Positions 37,701 through 48,490 of a DNA stretch of 64,000 bases are shown piece by piece. Below the pieces are notes generated by a model that saw only the letters and a program-made list of their open reading frames with translations, was not told where the DNA came from and made no database searches. The stretch is taken from assembly GCA_010909165.1 (NCBI GenBank), contig VJWM01000135.1, positions 62,001 through 126,000 on the forward strand, in the 5' to 3' direction. The position numbers and the translations under genes are program-made. The DNA is from Anthoceros angustus (lineage: Eukaryota; Plantae; Anthocerotophyta). The stretch's first letter is position 1. Every line of letters begins with the position of its first letter.

Positions 37701-38317
37701 CCAAGCTTGCGTAAGGTAATGCATCAGATCAGGCCATTCCTCTGGCCATTCCAACTACTGCCATATTTCTGGTTGCAGACGTTCGACCACGAATGGCTGC
37801 CGGCCTGCAAAACCAGATTTGTCATGGCCGTCGACCTGTTTGTTACGATGCTCTGTCGACGTTGACTGGCGGTCTTGACGAATTGAGCAACTTCTCCAAG
37901 TCAAGTATAAGAAAGTCATCAAAATGATAGCCAAAGTATCACAATTTCCTGTGCTGCGTCAAGGATGTTGCAATCTAGCGACAGTGAACACAGATTCTAC
38001 TCAAAGAGCCTGTGCTGATTCAAGAAGGAGATGGTCCAGAATCCAAGATCGCATCCTACGCCCGGCTGCATTTGCTTCTGACCTCATCGTAATGACGGTG
38101 CAACCTAAAGTGGAGCGCAATGAACACGAAGAGGATTGATTCGATTAGGCGGTGAGCCTGTGCTAAACAAAACTGCCTGCGATTATGTGCTGGGCACGTT
38201 AGTGCTATGCAAATCATCGTGAGGTAAATACGATAAGTGCTATCTACTGCGCCTAAACAATTATTTATAGATCCCGAAACGTGCCCTAAGACACGCCATC
38301 GGTATGATCGCACGAGG

Positions 38318-38994
38318 TGTAAACCAATGCTGATTAATTAGGCTAGCTAATTAATTAACCTAGGTAATCAGGCCGATTATTAAATAACCAAATCAATTAG
38401 CGGGCATGAAACGTATGGGTTCGTTTAGGGCTCGAGCGAGGCGTGAAGGGCAAACGTATGATGCGGATGATGACGAACGTGAGTGATCGGGCAGCTCGGG
38501 CATTATTACGCAAGATGGTCGTGAGGTTGCGGCGTGGGCGCATGGCGACGGTGTGGAGTGAGACCGCGGCAACGGCCAGAGCAAGTGCGTACGTAAAATG
38601 CAGTGCGGGCTTAGCGGTAGTTGTCGAAGTTCTCAAGTAGCCTGCTTGCGGCTTGGACCTTCCGTGTGGCCGCTGGGGACATAAGATATCTTTGTGTGAT
38701 TTCTCGAATCGGAGCAAGTCGTGAGCGTCATGTCGTGTGTGTGGTCCGAGTGTGTCGTGTTGATCTTTGGTGAGGACTTACGCAACTCACCGAATCTGGT
38801 TTGTTAGGCGGTGTGCTGAAGATCTGCTGGTGTTTCGAGTTGGTCGATCCGCTGGCCGCGCCGTAGGTGTTGTGAAACCGAGATTGCGTCACGGTGGTTC
38901 ACTTTGTGATTTTACCCAAACCGGTTTTGAGTGAACAAGACACATTAGCGCTCCTTGCGGTAGACGATGTTTCTTCGTATGGTTTTACTCGACA
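38318..38994 (+). repeat. 5' LTR of the DNMT-Gypsy element
   Basis: Begins TGT(A/C)AA at the homology boundary with the other copies. The tentative end is CTCGACA (near-inverted TGTCAAG). Homologous to 46363-46920, 47709-48368, 60666-61336 and 61490-62152. Confidence 0.75.
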
Positions 38995-39612
38995 ACCGCT
39001 TTCTCGAAACTTGCCGCCATCGGCTTGGTGTCTTTGGTTGTTGTGTGCACAAAGACCTACCTGTCCCGATTCATGGGCATCATGGTGTGGACTTAACGTG
39101 CTACAGTTTTGTGAGCTAAGGGAGTGACAGGATACTCACCTGGCTGAGTGTCTGGTGGAGGGTGGTACACCTATCTCTGAGCTTCCTGTTGGTGTTCTAG
39201 CAAGGAGTCAGGGTCAAGTCAGCAGGCACAAATTTTTGTGTAATACTCTCACCTTTCCTAACCTCCTGTTAATTACCGACTTTGTTACTTTTGCATGGGC
39301 TATATATGTCATCTGATGGGAGCGATGAGGAGCCAGCCTATCATTTGAGAAGCGAGGCACTACAGCGACCTTGGGTCTCACAATGGAGAGCACGCGTCAG
39401 CAATTTGTGAGGCTTGGTTCATCCGAGTTAGGGGCGGTTGAGGAGCCTGATGCATCATCCTCTACCTCCGGCCGAGTACCACGGGCAGTCTTGGGGTAGT
39501 GTCCGGTCCTGTTGAAGCAGTAGGAGTGAGTTGGTCACCTCTATCGACCATTGTTCAGATCGTGAGTGGAGCTACCAGTTCTGAGGAGGAGGAGTCTGGG
39601 AAGTCTGATACC

Positions 39613-40740
39613 ATGGAAGGATCTGGAGCAGCTGTTCACAAGTCCGAGAAGTTTTCTGGTAGACCAGGGACGCAGACTCTTAGGGACTTCAAACTGTTTT
39701 ATGGCTTCTTAACTAGTCGCGTCAGGTTTAAGCATGGAGCCGCCTACACTCATCGGTACATGTTTGAACAGCTGCCTGGGTATCTAGCGGATGAGGCCCT
39801 GGATCTGTTTGAGATTCATGCACCAGAAATGTTGGCAGTAGTGGAGAAGCCTAACCCTGCCTACGCAGCGGCTGCAAGTGGCATACAACAGTTTGATGGC
39901 CACTGCGGTAACCGCTCATCAAGCAGGGATTGCAGCTGGCACAATTGCAGCGTCCGTCCCACCACCTACAGTGGTGAACATGACTCCACAGGAGATGGCT
40001 ATCGCTACAGCTGGCGTTCCAGATATGTTAGATGTGCCCAATCATGACAACCCTGTAGAAGACTTCTTTGCAATTTTGGATAAGGCCTTTCCAACCAAGA
40101 CCCCTGAGAAAATTGCCGAGCTTGCAGCCTTTGCGCGCAAGAAGGGTGAAACAGTACAGATGGCCTTTAGGCGATTACAGAAATTGAGGGATGGCACGGG
40201 TATGTTGGTGACGGGAGGCCTGAAGTTCTTGGGCGCCTTGGCCCCATGTTTCATTATCGACTCTTTACTACGTTGGTTGACAAGTATGGGGACAACTACA
40301 CACTGGATCAGGTCTATCGGGAAGCGGAGAAGAAGGAGTTGGCCTTCTCGATGCTTCCCAAGCATACCAAGGCTTTCCACCATTACCAAAGAATGTTTTC
40401 GTGAAGGGTAGTTCAAGAATAACGCAGAGTGTCACAACAAGGGCAAGGAGTCCAAGCCCGACCAAGTGAGGGCAAGCGCATCACCACACTTTGTAACAGT
40501 GTGGCGGTCTTTGAACACCTTTTGCACATGCGGAAGAGTCGACTCCTGCTGCGCTCATTGCAGAAACCAGTCACGTGGGCGGTTTGTTTTTCAAAGTATC
40601 CGGGCGGCGACCTTGGAAAACAGGATAGACTCTAGTGCCGCCACTAAGCCTACCATTACTATTGGGCCCAGCAGCAGCATGTCGGCGGGCGGCTCGGGAG
40701 GAAATCACATCAGGAAGAGCCAAGTCAAGCGACAAGGCTA
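39613..40740 (+). CDS. gag of the DNMT-Gypsy element (frameshifted)
   Basis: MEGSGAAVHKSEKFSGRPGTQTLRDF..YLADEALDLFE, FFAILDKAFPTKTPEKIAELAAFARKKGET..AFRRL and a CAHCRKPxHVxxVC-like CCHC knuckle near 40550-40600. Confidence 0.75.
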
Positions 40741-41439
40741 AGGCTGCTGCTCAAATGAGCGCCAGAGCTGACTGCCCAGCTACCAAGCACTTTGGCGGCA
40801 AGCTTGAATGCTGCTAAGCCTGCCAATGCTATGGAACTCGTAACTGCCGGGACATCAGACGATCTTGGTGAAGATTATGGGCCAGTCATGGAGGCTTATG
40901 CAACACACAAGGAGCAGTCCAAGGCTGAACCATTGCATGGAAAAGGTCTAAGGCAGGTTGATTCGTCCAGAGCTGATGTACAGTTACCACAAACCTGGCT
41001 GGGTCACCTCTTAGGAGGCAAGTCACCGTCGGCAGGAGCTAGGCAATGCCTGTCTTTCCAAAGAACTTCCATCGAGTCCGGCATACCGGTGAGAGGGTCG
41101 ATCATCTACCTAAAGGGGATCAAGAGGAGCAAAGGATCGACCGGGTTCCTAGCCGATCACAAGCTAGACACACACAAGTCTCAGCAGTGCTCGATTCGAC
41201 CATGGTGTTATGGCGCAGGAGTTGTTGAAGAGGGTGTACACGCACCTTGCTCAAGGATGTAGGAATTGAAGAGGCTAACTTGGACACCATCTGCAGTCTC
41301 CACGGTGAGAATCTTTTGTTATGATTGCAGACCATCATGGTCGATGGATTCACTTGTTTCCGCAAGGCTGCAAAGTGACAATTGGCTTGGGAAAGTCGTG
41401 GTCTACCAATCGTCTGACCCACAAATCGCGCAAGGCCAC

Positions 41440-41760
41440 TAGTAGCGTGCTTGTGGACAATCGGGCTAGCCATGTCTTTGGTAAATGGATTTGCACCAAT
41501 GTGTTGTTGGACAGGAGCACACGGTGATCATAGGGAAGGTTGCTGGCTGCTGCGGCTAGAAGGGAGTGCGTTGAAGCCTTCCCCATGGAACATGCGCTTG
41601 AGGCGATTGAGCTGTGAAAGCAGTCCAACAGTCAAGATCACTTTGAAGCCCAACACGGCCAGATGAGGTGAGCTTGGCGGTCGTTGTCTAGTCACGGTGC
41701 CACCAATTATGACATCCTGTTGGGGCGAAATTTCTTCCTCGAGTCTCAATTGACAAGCTG
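41440..41760 (+). CDS. Retroviral-type aspartic protease domain (frameshifted)
   Basis: SVLVD-x-GASHVF at about 41445-41475 and NYDILLGRNFL at about 41705-41740. Confidence 0.7.
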
Positions 41761-42159
41761 GGCGAGCAGGCCTTTTTAGGCAGTTAGCGGCGAAGCGGTG
41801 CCTACCTACCTTGGATTTGCATGGTGCCTGAGGCTACACTGGTGGAAAGACAGCTGTATGGTGCAGATCCACCTTGGGGATGGGCCGTTCCCCTATTACC
41901 ACCAGTTATCGCTCAAGCATGGTTAGGAGTGTGGAGAGGATGAGGACATCCTCTCACATGCTCATGAGGGAGATGTGTTGGGAACACATGTCCTCTCGTG
42001 TCTCGATATCCGACCATTCGAGCCTCCCATAGCGGCCAAAGGCAAAGAAGTAAGCTCAGCGATTGCTCGTGTTATGCAAGTGCTGCAGAAAGCCTTCACA
42101 GACCCAGCCACAGGGGAGGGAGCACATGTTTCTCCCATTCAACAGTCTGTGATTACTTG

Positions 42160-43100
42160 GCTACCTTCATCACGAGGTATCACCTTGGTGGAGCTGTTTG
42201 GGGGCCTATGTACTGGTCTTGAGGCAGTGCTGAGGTGTGGCATCACAGTCTTCAGGTACATCTACTGTGATGTTTGTCCAGCTGTTAGGCATATTGCACA
42301 TCGGGCCAGGTCTGCAGTGATTTCAGCAATTTTCAGGCGGGCGTGGAGCATGTTTGACACTCTCCACAGGAACATTGATTACATCCAAGCACACGTTCAA
42401 GCCCTTGGGCATGTGGATTTCTTGATTGCGAGATGGAGTGCAAGGCCTATCCCAAGCCGGAAAGGAGCGGTTGCAAGATAACCGTTCGAGGCTTATTTAG
42501 GGATCGTGCAAGTACTTCACGCTGGGATCAACATCCTCAAGTGGCTTATCTCTGGAGAACACACCAGCCCAATTGGATGCTCGGCCACAATTGCGCGAGA
42601 CATGGGTACATGATCCGGACATCATTGGACCTCCTTCACCATGGATGCAGCTCGGTGGGCAGCTATGCTCAGACTCAGGAATTATTGGACCAATTTGGTC
42701 CCCTTACCTATCCTGCACTTGGCTTTCTGACAGCAATGACCAGGAGCCTGCCTCCTCTGAGGATGTCACGGATGACAATCATACTCCCAAGCCTGTTGCG
42801 GCCAGGCGAGCCCTTGGTTTCCTACCAACACACCTGGCCAGCCAAGGAGAACTCTGCCCACAGTGGTCAGCTATCCTGGCTCCTATGCTTATAGGAATAA
42901 CGGTCTGGTATGCTTTTTAATGAAGATACCAAGGTGTGGGAGGAACCTAGTGGAGGAGAGGGAACGGGTGATGGGTCTCCACACCCACAAAGACGCCGCA
43001 CCCAAGGCTTCCAGGCTCGAGGTTTGCGGCACTTGGCCGTGCCATGGATGTCGATTCGACCGGCCGGGTCACCTTTGCTTGGCTTTTCAGATGCTCACCG
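42160..43100 (+). CDS. DNMT3-like DNA cytosine-5 methyltransferase domain inside pol (copy 1, frameshifted)
   Basis: Motifs I-II ITLVELFGGLCTGLEAVLRCGITVFRYIYCDVC. Motif IV GHVDFLIA..WEC (about 42410-42445). Motif VI AYL-ENT (about 42545-42563). Motif VIII GSYA(H)R..YWTNL. Motif IX EERERVMG. Motif X LGRAMDV (about 43031-43052). Confidence 0.88.
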
Positions 43101-43299
43101 GACCTCGGTAGGACCCTTCTGTTCATACCGATTACTTTTCTTGTCATCCCGATCTTTGTTCACTTGCCATTCCACGGCTTTGCTCGGTCCTATCACCGAC
43201 GCAATGGGGTGGAGCACATGTTTCCCAAACTGTTGTTTACGTGGATCTAGGACCGGGGATCAACGGTGCCAAGGCTTCACCTACTATGGAAACTTTTGG

Positions 43300-44590
43300 T
43301 TGGACCATGGGTCCTCAGCTGGATTCAGGGCAGAGGCAGCGTATACGGGCTTTGCTTTTACAATACTCAGATTGTTTTGCTTTCAGCATGAAGGATTTGA
43401 AGAGGTGCAATGTCATGACCTTCAGGATTAAGCTCAACACCACTGAGCCTATCTACAGGCGCAGATACAGGTTGAGCCACTGAATGGGAAACTGTGGACG
43501 CTCGCTGCCAGGAGTTGTATAAGGCTGGGCTAATTAGGCCCTCTAGTTACGATTCTGCAGCCACTTCTTCCACCTAAGAAGGACAATGGCTTTGGGCGAA
43601 AACGAATGTGTGGGGACTATCGTCCCATCAATGCGGCATACGGATAGGTATCCTATGCCTCACTGGAGGAGTGTTTCAGCAGCGATGACGGGTCTAAGAT
43701 TCTTTTTTCTGGACTGCAGCGGGGCTTCAAGTGCAAAAGCGGCGAGAAGGAGGACATTCCCAAAACCAGGCGTTCATGGAGCCCACCATGGGAGTGGCTG
43801 GTCATGCCTTTTGGGTTCAAGAATGCACCGTGACTTTCCAAAGAGTCATGGACAAAATCTTGGCAGGCGCCTCATCTTTTGTGTTACATAGATGATGTAT
43901 TGGTCCATAGTGTGGACTTTGACACTCATCCGATGCATCCGGAGGATTTGTTCGAGGTCGCAAAGGCCCTAACATGTCATCGATAAGTGTGAATTTGCCA
44001 TGGACACAGTTGCATATCTTGGGCATCGGATTCTGCCAGATGGCATAACACCACATGCTGCTAAGGTGCAGGCCATCCAACAGATCCAAGCTCCAGCTAA
44101 TGTGCCTGCTCTTAGGGCTTTTTTAGGGCTGTGCAATTACTATAGGGTCTATGTTCAGGCCTTTAGCAGCATTGCTAAGCCCTTGAATGATCTGTTGCGT
44201 AAGGAGACAACCTGGGATTGGACAGAAAGTTGTCAAGCTGCGTTTGAGGGCTTGAAGAGCAAGCTGAGGCAAATGCCGATCATGGCGCTGATTTTCCAAG
44301 CCTTTTGTCCTCCATACATGGAGCATTTTGGGGGGCTAGCACAAGTGGATCTTGAAGGTCGAGAGGGTCATTGCCTATGCTTCAAGAAGCAACAACAGGC
44401 GGAAGCAAATTACTCCAGCTATGAAGGGAGTTGCTTGCGTGTGGGCTATCGCCATTTTCGCCTTATTCAGGGCGAATGTTCTTTTAGACCATCGCCCTTG
44501 AAATGGCGATGTCTAATACGGCTTAGTGGGAAACTCGCAAGGTGGGCAATGATTCTTGAGGACTATGAGTTTGAGGTGGTCCATCGGCTG
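43300..44590 (+). CDS. Reverse transcriptase and RNase H of the DNMT-Gypsy element (frameshifted)
   Basis: CGDYRPIN..TDRYPMP, WEWLVMPFGFKNAP, CYIDDVLVHS (about 43884), VAYLGHRI, LRAFLGLCNYYRVYV, WTESCQAAFEGLK, AEANYSSYEG and GKLARWAMILEDYEFEVVHR. Confidence 0.92.
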
Positions 44591-44879
44591 GAACCAAGCA
44601 CGCATCGTGATATCGCCACGCAACCCAGAGTAGCGAGGACAATCGGCTCGCCAGGGGCGGTGACATGGAGGAAACTCCTAATCTGCGGCTTTGGTGACCA
44701 TGCTGCGTGGTGCAGTGCATGCTACGTAGTTTCAACACAAGGATGTGTGGAGTGATGAAGCCACATTGCGGTATGTGAAGAGGCAAATGGATGCTAGCTT
44801 GGATGCACATCAAGAGAAGGTGCTGAGAGAGGCCTATTATGAGTGGAGGGATGGGTACCGCCGAGGAGGCCAACGGGCT

Positions 44880-45900
44880 GAAGCGTTTGGTGCCTCCACC
44901 ACAGGATCGCAGGGGCTTATCCATAGGGTGCATGAAGATCTAGGCCATTTTGGTGTGAAGCGCACCTCTGATTCCTCCATCCACATTTCCACCGGCATGG
45001 CATGTTCACTCGGTGCGAGGAGGTGGCTGTGTGTGCTCAATGACAGGTCAAGGCTTCTTTTAGCAACCCTCATTCGTAGGCTGCAGTGGTGCCCCATCAT
45101 GGGACTCTTCTTTAGGTGGTCCTGTGACTTGGCTGGAGAATTTCCACGCACACCACGTGGCAATGTTTACATCATGGTCATGATTGAACATTTTGCGAAG
45201 TGGGTGGGCCAGTAGCACTTCCGGACAAGACATCCACGAAGCCACTCAAAGCATTTTGCACAATGTGCTTAGCAGATTTGGGAGCGGCGAGTGTCTCACA
45301 GACAGGAGTCTGAATTGAGGTGAGTTTCGTGATCTGGATGGTGCACTTATTGACCGCGCTGGCCGTGATCACCCACAAGCGACGGGTTGGGCGAGAGGAT
45401 GGTGCACCATCAAGCAGGCGTTGAGAAAGCTATGCCTCACCAAGCCCAAGACAGTTGGGACTTGGCTTTGCCATACATTGCTATGGGCTACAGGATGAGC
45501 AAGCATGCATCGGCCAACTTTTCACCTTACTTCCTTTTGTTTGGAAGAGGCCGGTACCCACATGGCCATTGCCTTGAGGATGCAAGAAGTGTTGAGTTTG
45601 GATGACCCGAGTAGCATGGGCCAAGGCTATTGGGGAACGTGCCTTATTAGGCAATTGATGCCAATGGCTATGGCCAATCTCAAGATAGCTCGGCATCGTG
45701 ATACACTCGGTATGCTCATACCGAGTGGGAGTTTCCACCCTAAGGTCGGAAATTTCAGCGGGGGACTATGTCTATCTACGGCAAACACAGGATACTTTGG
45801 AGCCTAGCACCCAGACATGTGTTACGTGTGCGAGAGGTGCGAGAAATGGAGTGTTGTCTGGAGGGGTCGATGGGCGGGTTACAGCGGACCACATGAAGAA
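44880..45900 (+). CDS. Integrase of the DNMT-Gypsy element (frameshifted)
   Basis: HEDLGHFGVKRT (HHCC zinc finger), FFRWSCDLAGEFPRTPRGNVYIMVMIEHFAKWV, HPQAxGLAERM-like, WDLALPYIAMGYR..SPYFLLFGR and GDYVYLR. Confidence 0.88.
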
Positions 45901-45959
45901 TTGTGCCCCATGCCATCTCGCCCAACTTGGACCCCACGCTGGTCACAAGAAATTGGGTC

Positions 45960-46110
45960 CCTCCGGTTGACTATCCATGTCGGTGTGCGGAGAATTGATG
46001 ATCCAGCACTCATGTTGTTGTTGTGTGATGGTCGCAATGGCGGCTACCACCTATTTTGTCTTGACCACCACCGATCGAGGTGCCGAGAATTCGTGGTATT
46101 GCCCCTTTGC
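45960..46110 (+). CDS. PHD finger at the C-terminus of pol
   Basis: DYPCRxC..DDPALMLLCDGCNGGYHLFCL..VP..SWYCPFC (C4-H-C3). Repeated at about 47333-47460 and 60282-60413. Confidence 0.85.
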
Positions 46111-46362
46111 GAGCTAGGGACACGATGACGATCGGTGACTCCTTGGATTTTCCTTTGGCATCCGACAGAGCTTGCTGCAGCTTTGGTGGCTTGTAGCACC
46201 ACAGGGGATGAGGATTTACCGAGATTCCGTTCATCCTGCTCATTTTCTCACGATCCGTTCATAGCGACCTACTCGGAGGTGTGAGGTTAGGACTTTCGTT
46301 CGCGTACAATTTTGGTTGCCTAATGTCAAGGGCACTTTTGGCTAACATCTTGTTTCGGCCGG

Positions 46363-46920
46363 TGTCAAGCCATGCTGATTAATTAGGCTAGCTAATTAAT
46401 TAACCTAGGTAATCAGGCCGATTATTAAATAACCGATCCGAATTAGGCATGAAAGCGTATGGGTTCGTTTAGGGCTCGGGAGGCGAGGCGTGAAGGGCAA
46501 AGCGTATGATGCGGATGATGACGTGGTGGTGGGCAGCTCGGGCATTATTACGCAAGATGGTCGTGAGGTTGCGGCGTGGGCGCATGGCGCCGACGGTGTG
46601 GAGTGAGACCGCGGGCAGCGGCCGAGGAGCAAGTGCGGCAGATAAGTACCAGTGCGGGCTTAGCGAGTAGTTGTCGAAGTTCTCAAGTAGCGACTGTTGC
46701 GGCGACTTGGACCGTGTGGCCGGCTAGGGGACATAAGATATCTTTGTGTGATTTCTCGATGTCAGACAAGTCGTGAGCGTCATGTCGTGTGTGTGGTGGT
46801 GTGTCGTGTTGATCTTTGGTGAGGACTTCGCAACTCACCGAATCTGGTTTGTTAGGCGGTGTGCACAAGATCTGCTGGTGTTTCGAGTTGGTCGATCTGG
46901 CTGCGCGTGGTGTTTGGAAG
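46363..46920 (+). repeat. 3' LTR of the DNMT-Gypsy element (truncated by a jump back into integrase sequence)
   Basis: TGTCAAGCCATGCTGATTAATTAGGCTAGC... is homologous to the 5' LTR. Confidence 0.8.
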
Positions 46921-46924
46921 AGCC

Positions 46925-48490
46925 CGGTACCACTGGCCATTGCTCGCCGAGATGCAAGAAGTGTTGAGTTTGGATGACCCAGCCGCATGGGCCAAGGCTA
47001 TTGAGCGTGCGACCTTATTAGTGATGCCAATGGCTATGGCCAATCTCAAGATAGCTCGGCATCGTGATACACTCGGTATGCTCATACCGAGTGGGAGTTT
47101 CCACCCTAAGGTCGGAAATTTCAGCGAGGGACTATGTCTATCTATGCAAAACAGGATACTTTGGAGCCTAGCACCCAGACATGTGTTACGTGTGCGAGAG
47201 GTGCGAGAAATGGAGTGTTGTCTGGAGGGTCCGATGGGCGGGTTACAGCGGACCACATGAAGAATTGTGCCCCATGCCATCTCGCCCAACTTGGACCCCA
47301 CGCTGGTCACGAAATTGGGTCCCTCCGGTTGACTATCCATGTCGGTGTGCGGAGAATTGATGATCCAGCACTCATGTTGTTGTGTGATGGCTGCAATGGC
47401 GGCTACCACCTATTTTGTCTTGACCAGGTGCCGAGAGAATTCGTGGTATTGCCCCTTTGCGAGCTAGGGACACGATGACGATCGGTGACTCCTTGGATTT
47501 TCCTTTGGCATCAGCCAGGCTTCTGCTCGGTTTGGTGGCTTGTAGCACCACAGGGGATGAGGATTTACCGATTCCGTTCATCCTGCTCATTTTCTCACGA
47601 TCACGTTCATAGCGACCTACTCGAGAGTGTGAGGTTAGGACTTTCGTTCGCGTACAATTTTGGTTGCCTAATGTCAAGGGCACTTTTGGCTAACTTGTTT
47701 GACCACGGTGTCAAGCCATGCTGATTAATTAGGCTAGCTAATTAATTAACCTAGGTAATCACGATTATTAAATAACCGATCCGAATTAGCGGGCATGAAA
47801 GCGTATGGGTTCGTTTAGGGCTCGAGGCGGGCGTGAAGGGCAAAGCGTATGATGCGGATGATGACGTGGTGGTGGGCAGCTCGGGCATTATTACGCAAGA
47901 TGGGCTGTGAGGTTGCGGCGTGGCGCATGGCGGCGGGGTGTGGAGTGAGACCGCGGGCAGCGGCCGAGGAGCAAGTGCGGCCTGAGATAAGTACAGCGGG
48001 GCTTAGCGAGTAGTTGTCGAAGTTCTCAAGTAGCGACTTCTGCAGCACTTGACCTTCCGTGTAGCCGGCTAGGGGACATAAGATATCTTTGTGTGATTTC
48101 TCGATGTCAGACAAGTCGTGAGCGTCATGTCGTGTGTGTCCGAGTGTGTCGTGTTGATCTTTGGTGAGGACTTACTCACAGAATCTGGTTTGTTAGGCGG
48201 TGTGCAAGATCTGCTGTGTTCGAGTTGGGTGATCGGGCTTGCGTGGGTGTTGTGAGGAGATTGCGTCACGGTGGTTCACGATCGCGATTTTACCCAAACC
48301 GGTTTTGAGTGAACAAGACATTAATTAGCGCTCCTTGCGGTAGCGACGATGTTTCTTCGTATGGTTTTGATGAGGATTTACGATTCGTTCATCCTGCTCA
48401 TTTTCTCACGATCCGTTCATAGCGACCTACTCGAGAGTGTGAGGTTAGGACTTTCGTTCGCGTACAATTTTGGTTGCCTAATGTCAAGGG
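46925..48490 (+). mobile_element. Partial tandem re-copy of integrase C-terminus, PHD, 3' region and LTR
   Basis: Near-identical to 45570-46920 plus a fuller LTR (47709-48368). Confidence 0.8.

Larger units (their letters stand above)
38318..46920 (+). mobile_element. Ty3/Gypsy LTR retrotransposon carrying a DNMT3-like cytosine-5 methyltransferase and a C-terminal PHD finger
   Basis: Two homologous LTRs flank gag (zinc knuckle), protease, C5-MTase motifs, RT (YIDD), RNase H, integrase and PHD in Gypsy order (RT-RH before IN). There are many small frameshifts, and the 3' LTR is cut at about 46920. Confidence 0.9.

Noticed and set aside
38393-38720. ORFs within the LTR copies (also at 46.4-47.0, 47.8-48.3 and 60.7-61.3 kb)
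   Set aside because: The frames are not conserved between LTR copies; these are likely by-products of GC-rich LTR sequence.
42160-43100. Methyltransferase as a host DRM/DNMT3 gene or bacterial contaminant interrupted by a transposon
   Set aside because: It is intronless, has non-permuted motif order, no UBA/PWWP domains are seen, and it sits at the same position upstream of RT in two element copies, so it is part of pol.
38318-46920. DIRS/tyrosine-recombinase element (which often carry adenine methyltransferases)
   Set aside because: A DDE integrase, an aspartic protease and direct LTRs are present, no YR motifs are seen, and the MTase motifs are C5-cytosine type.
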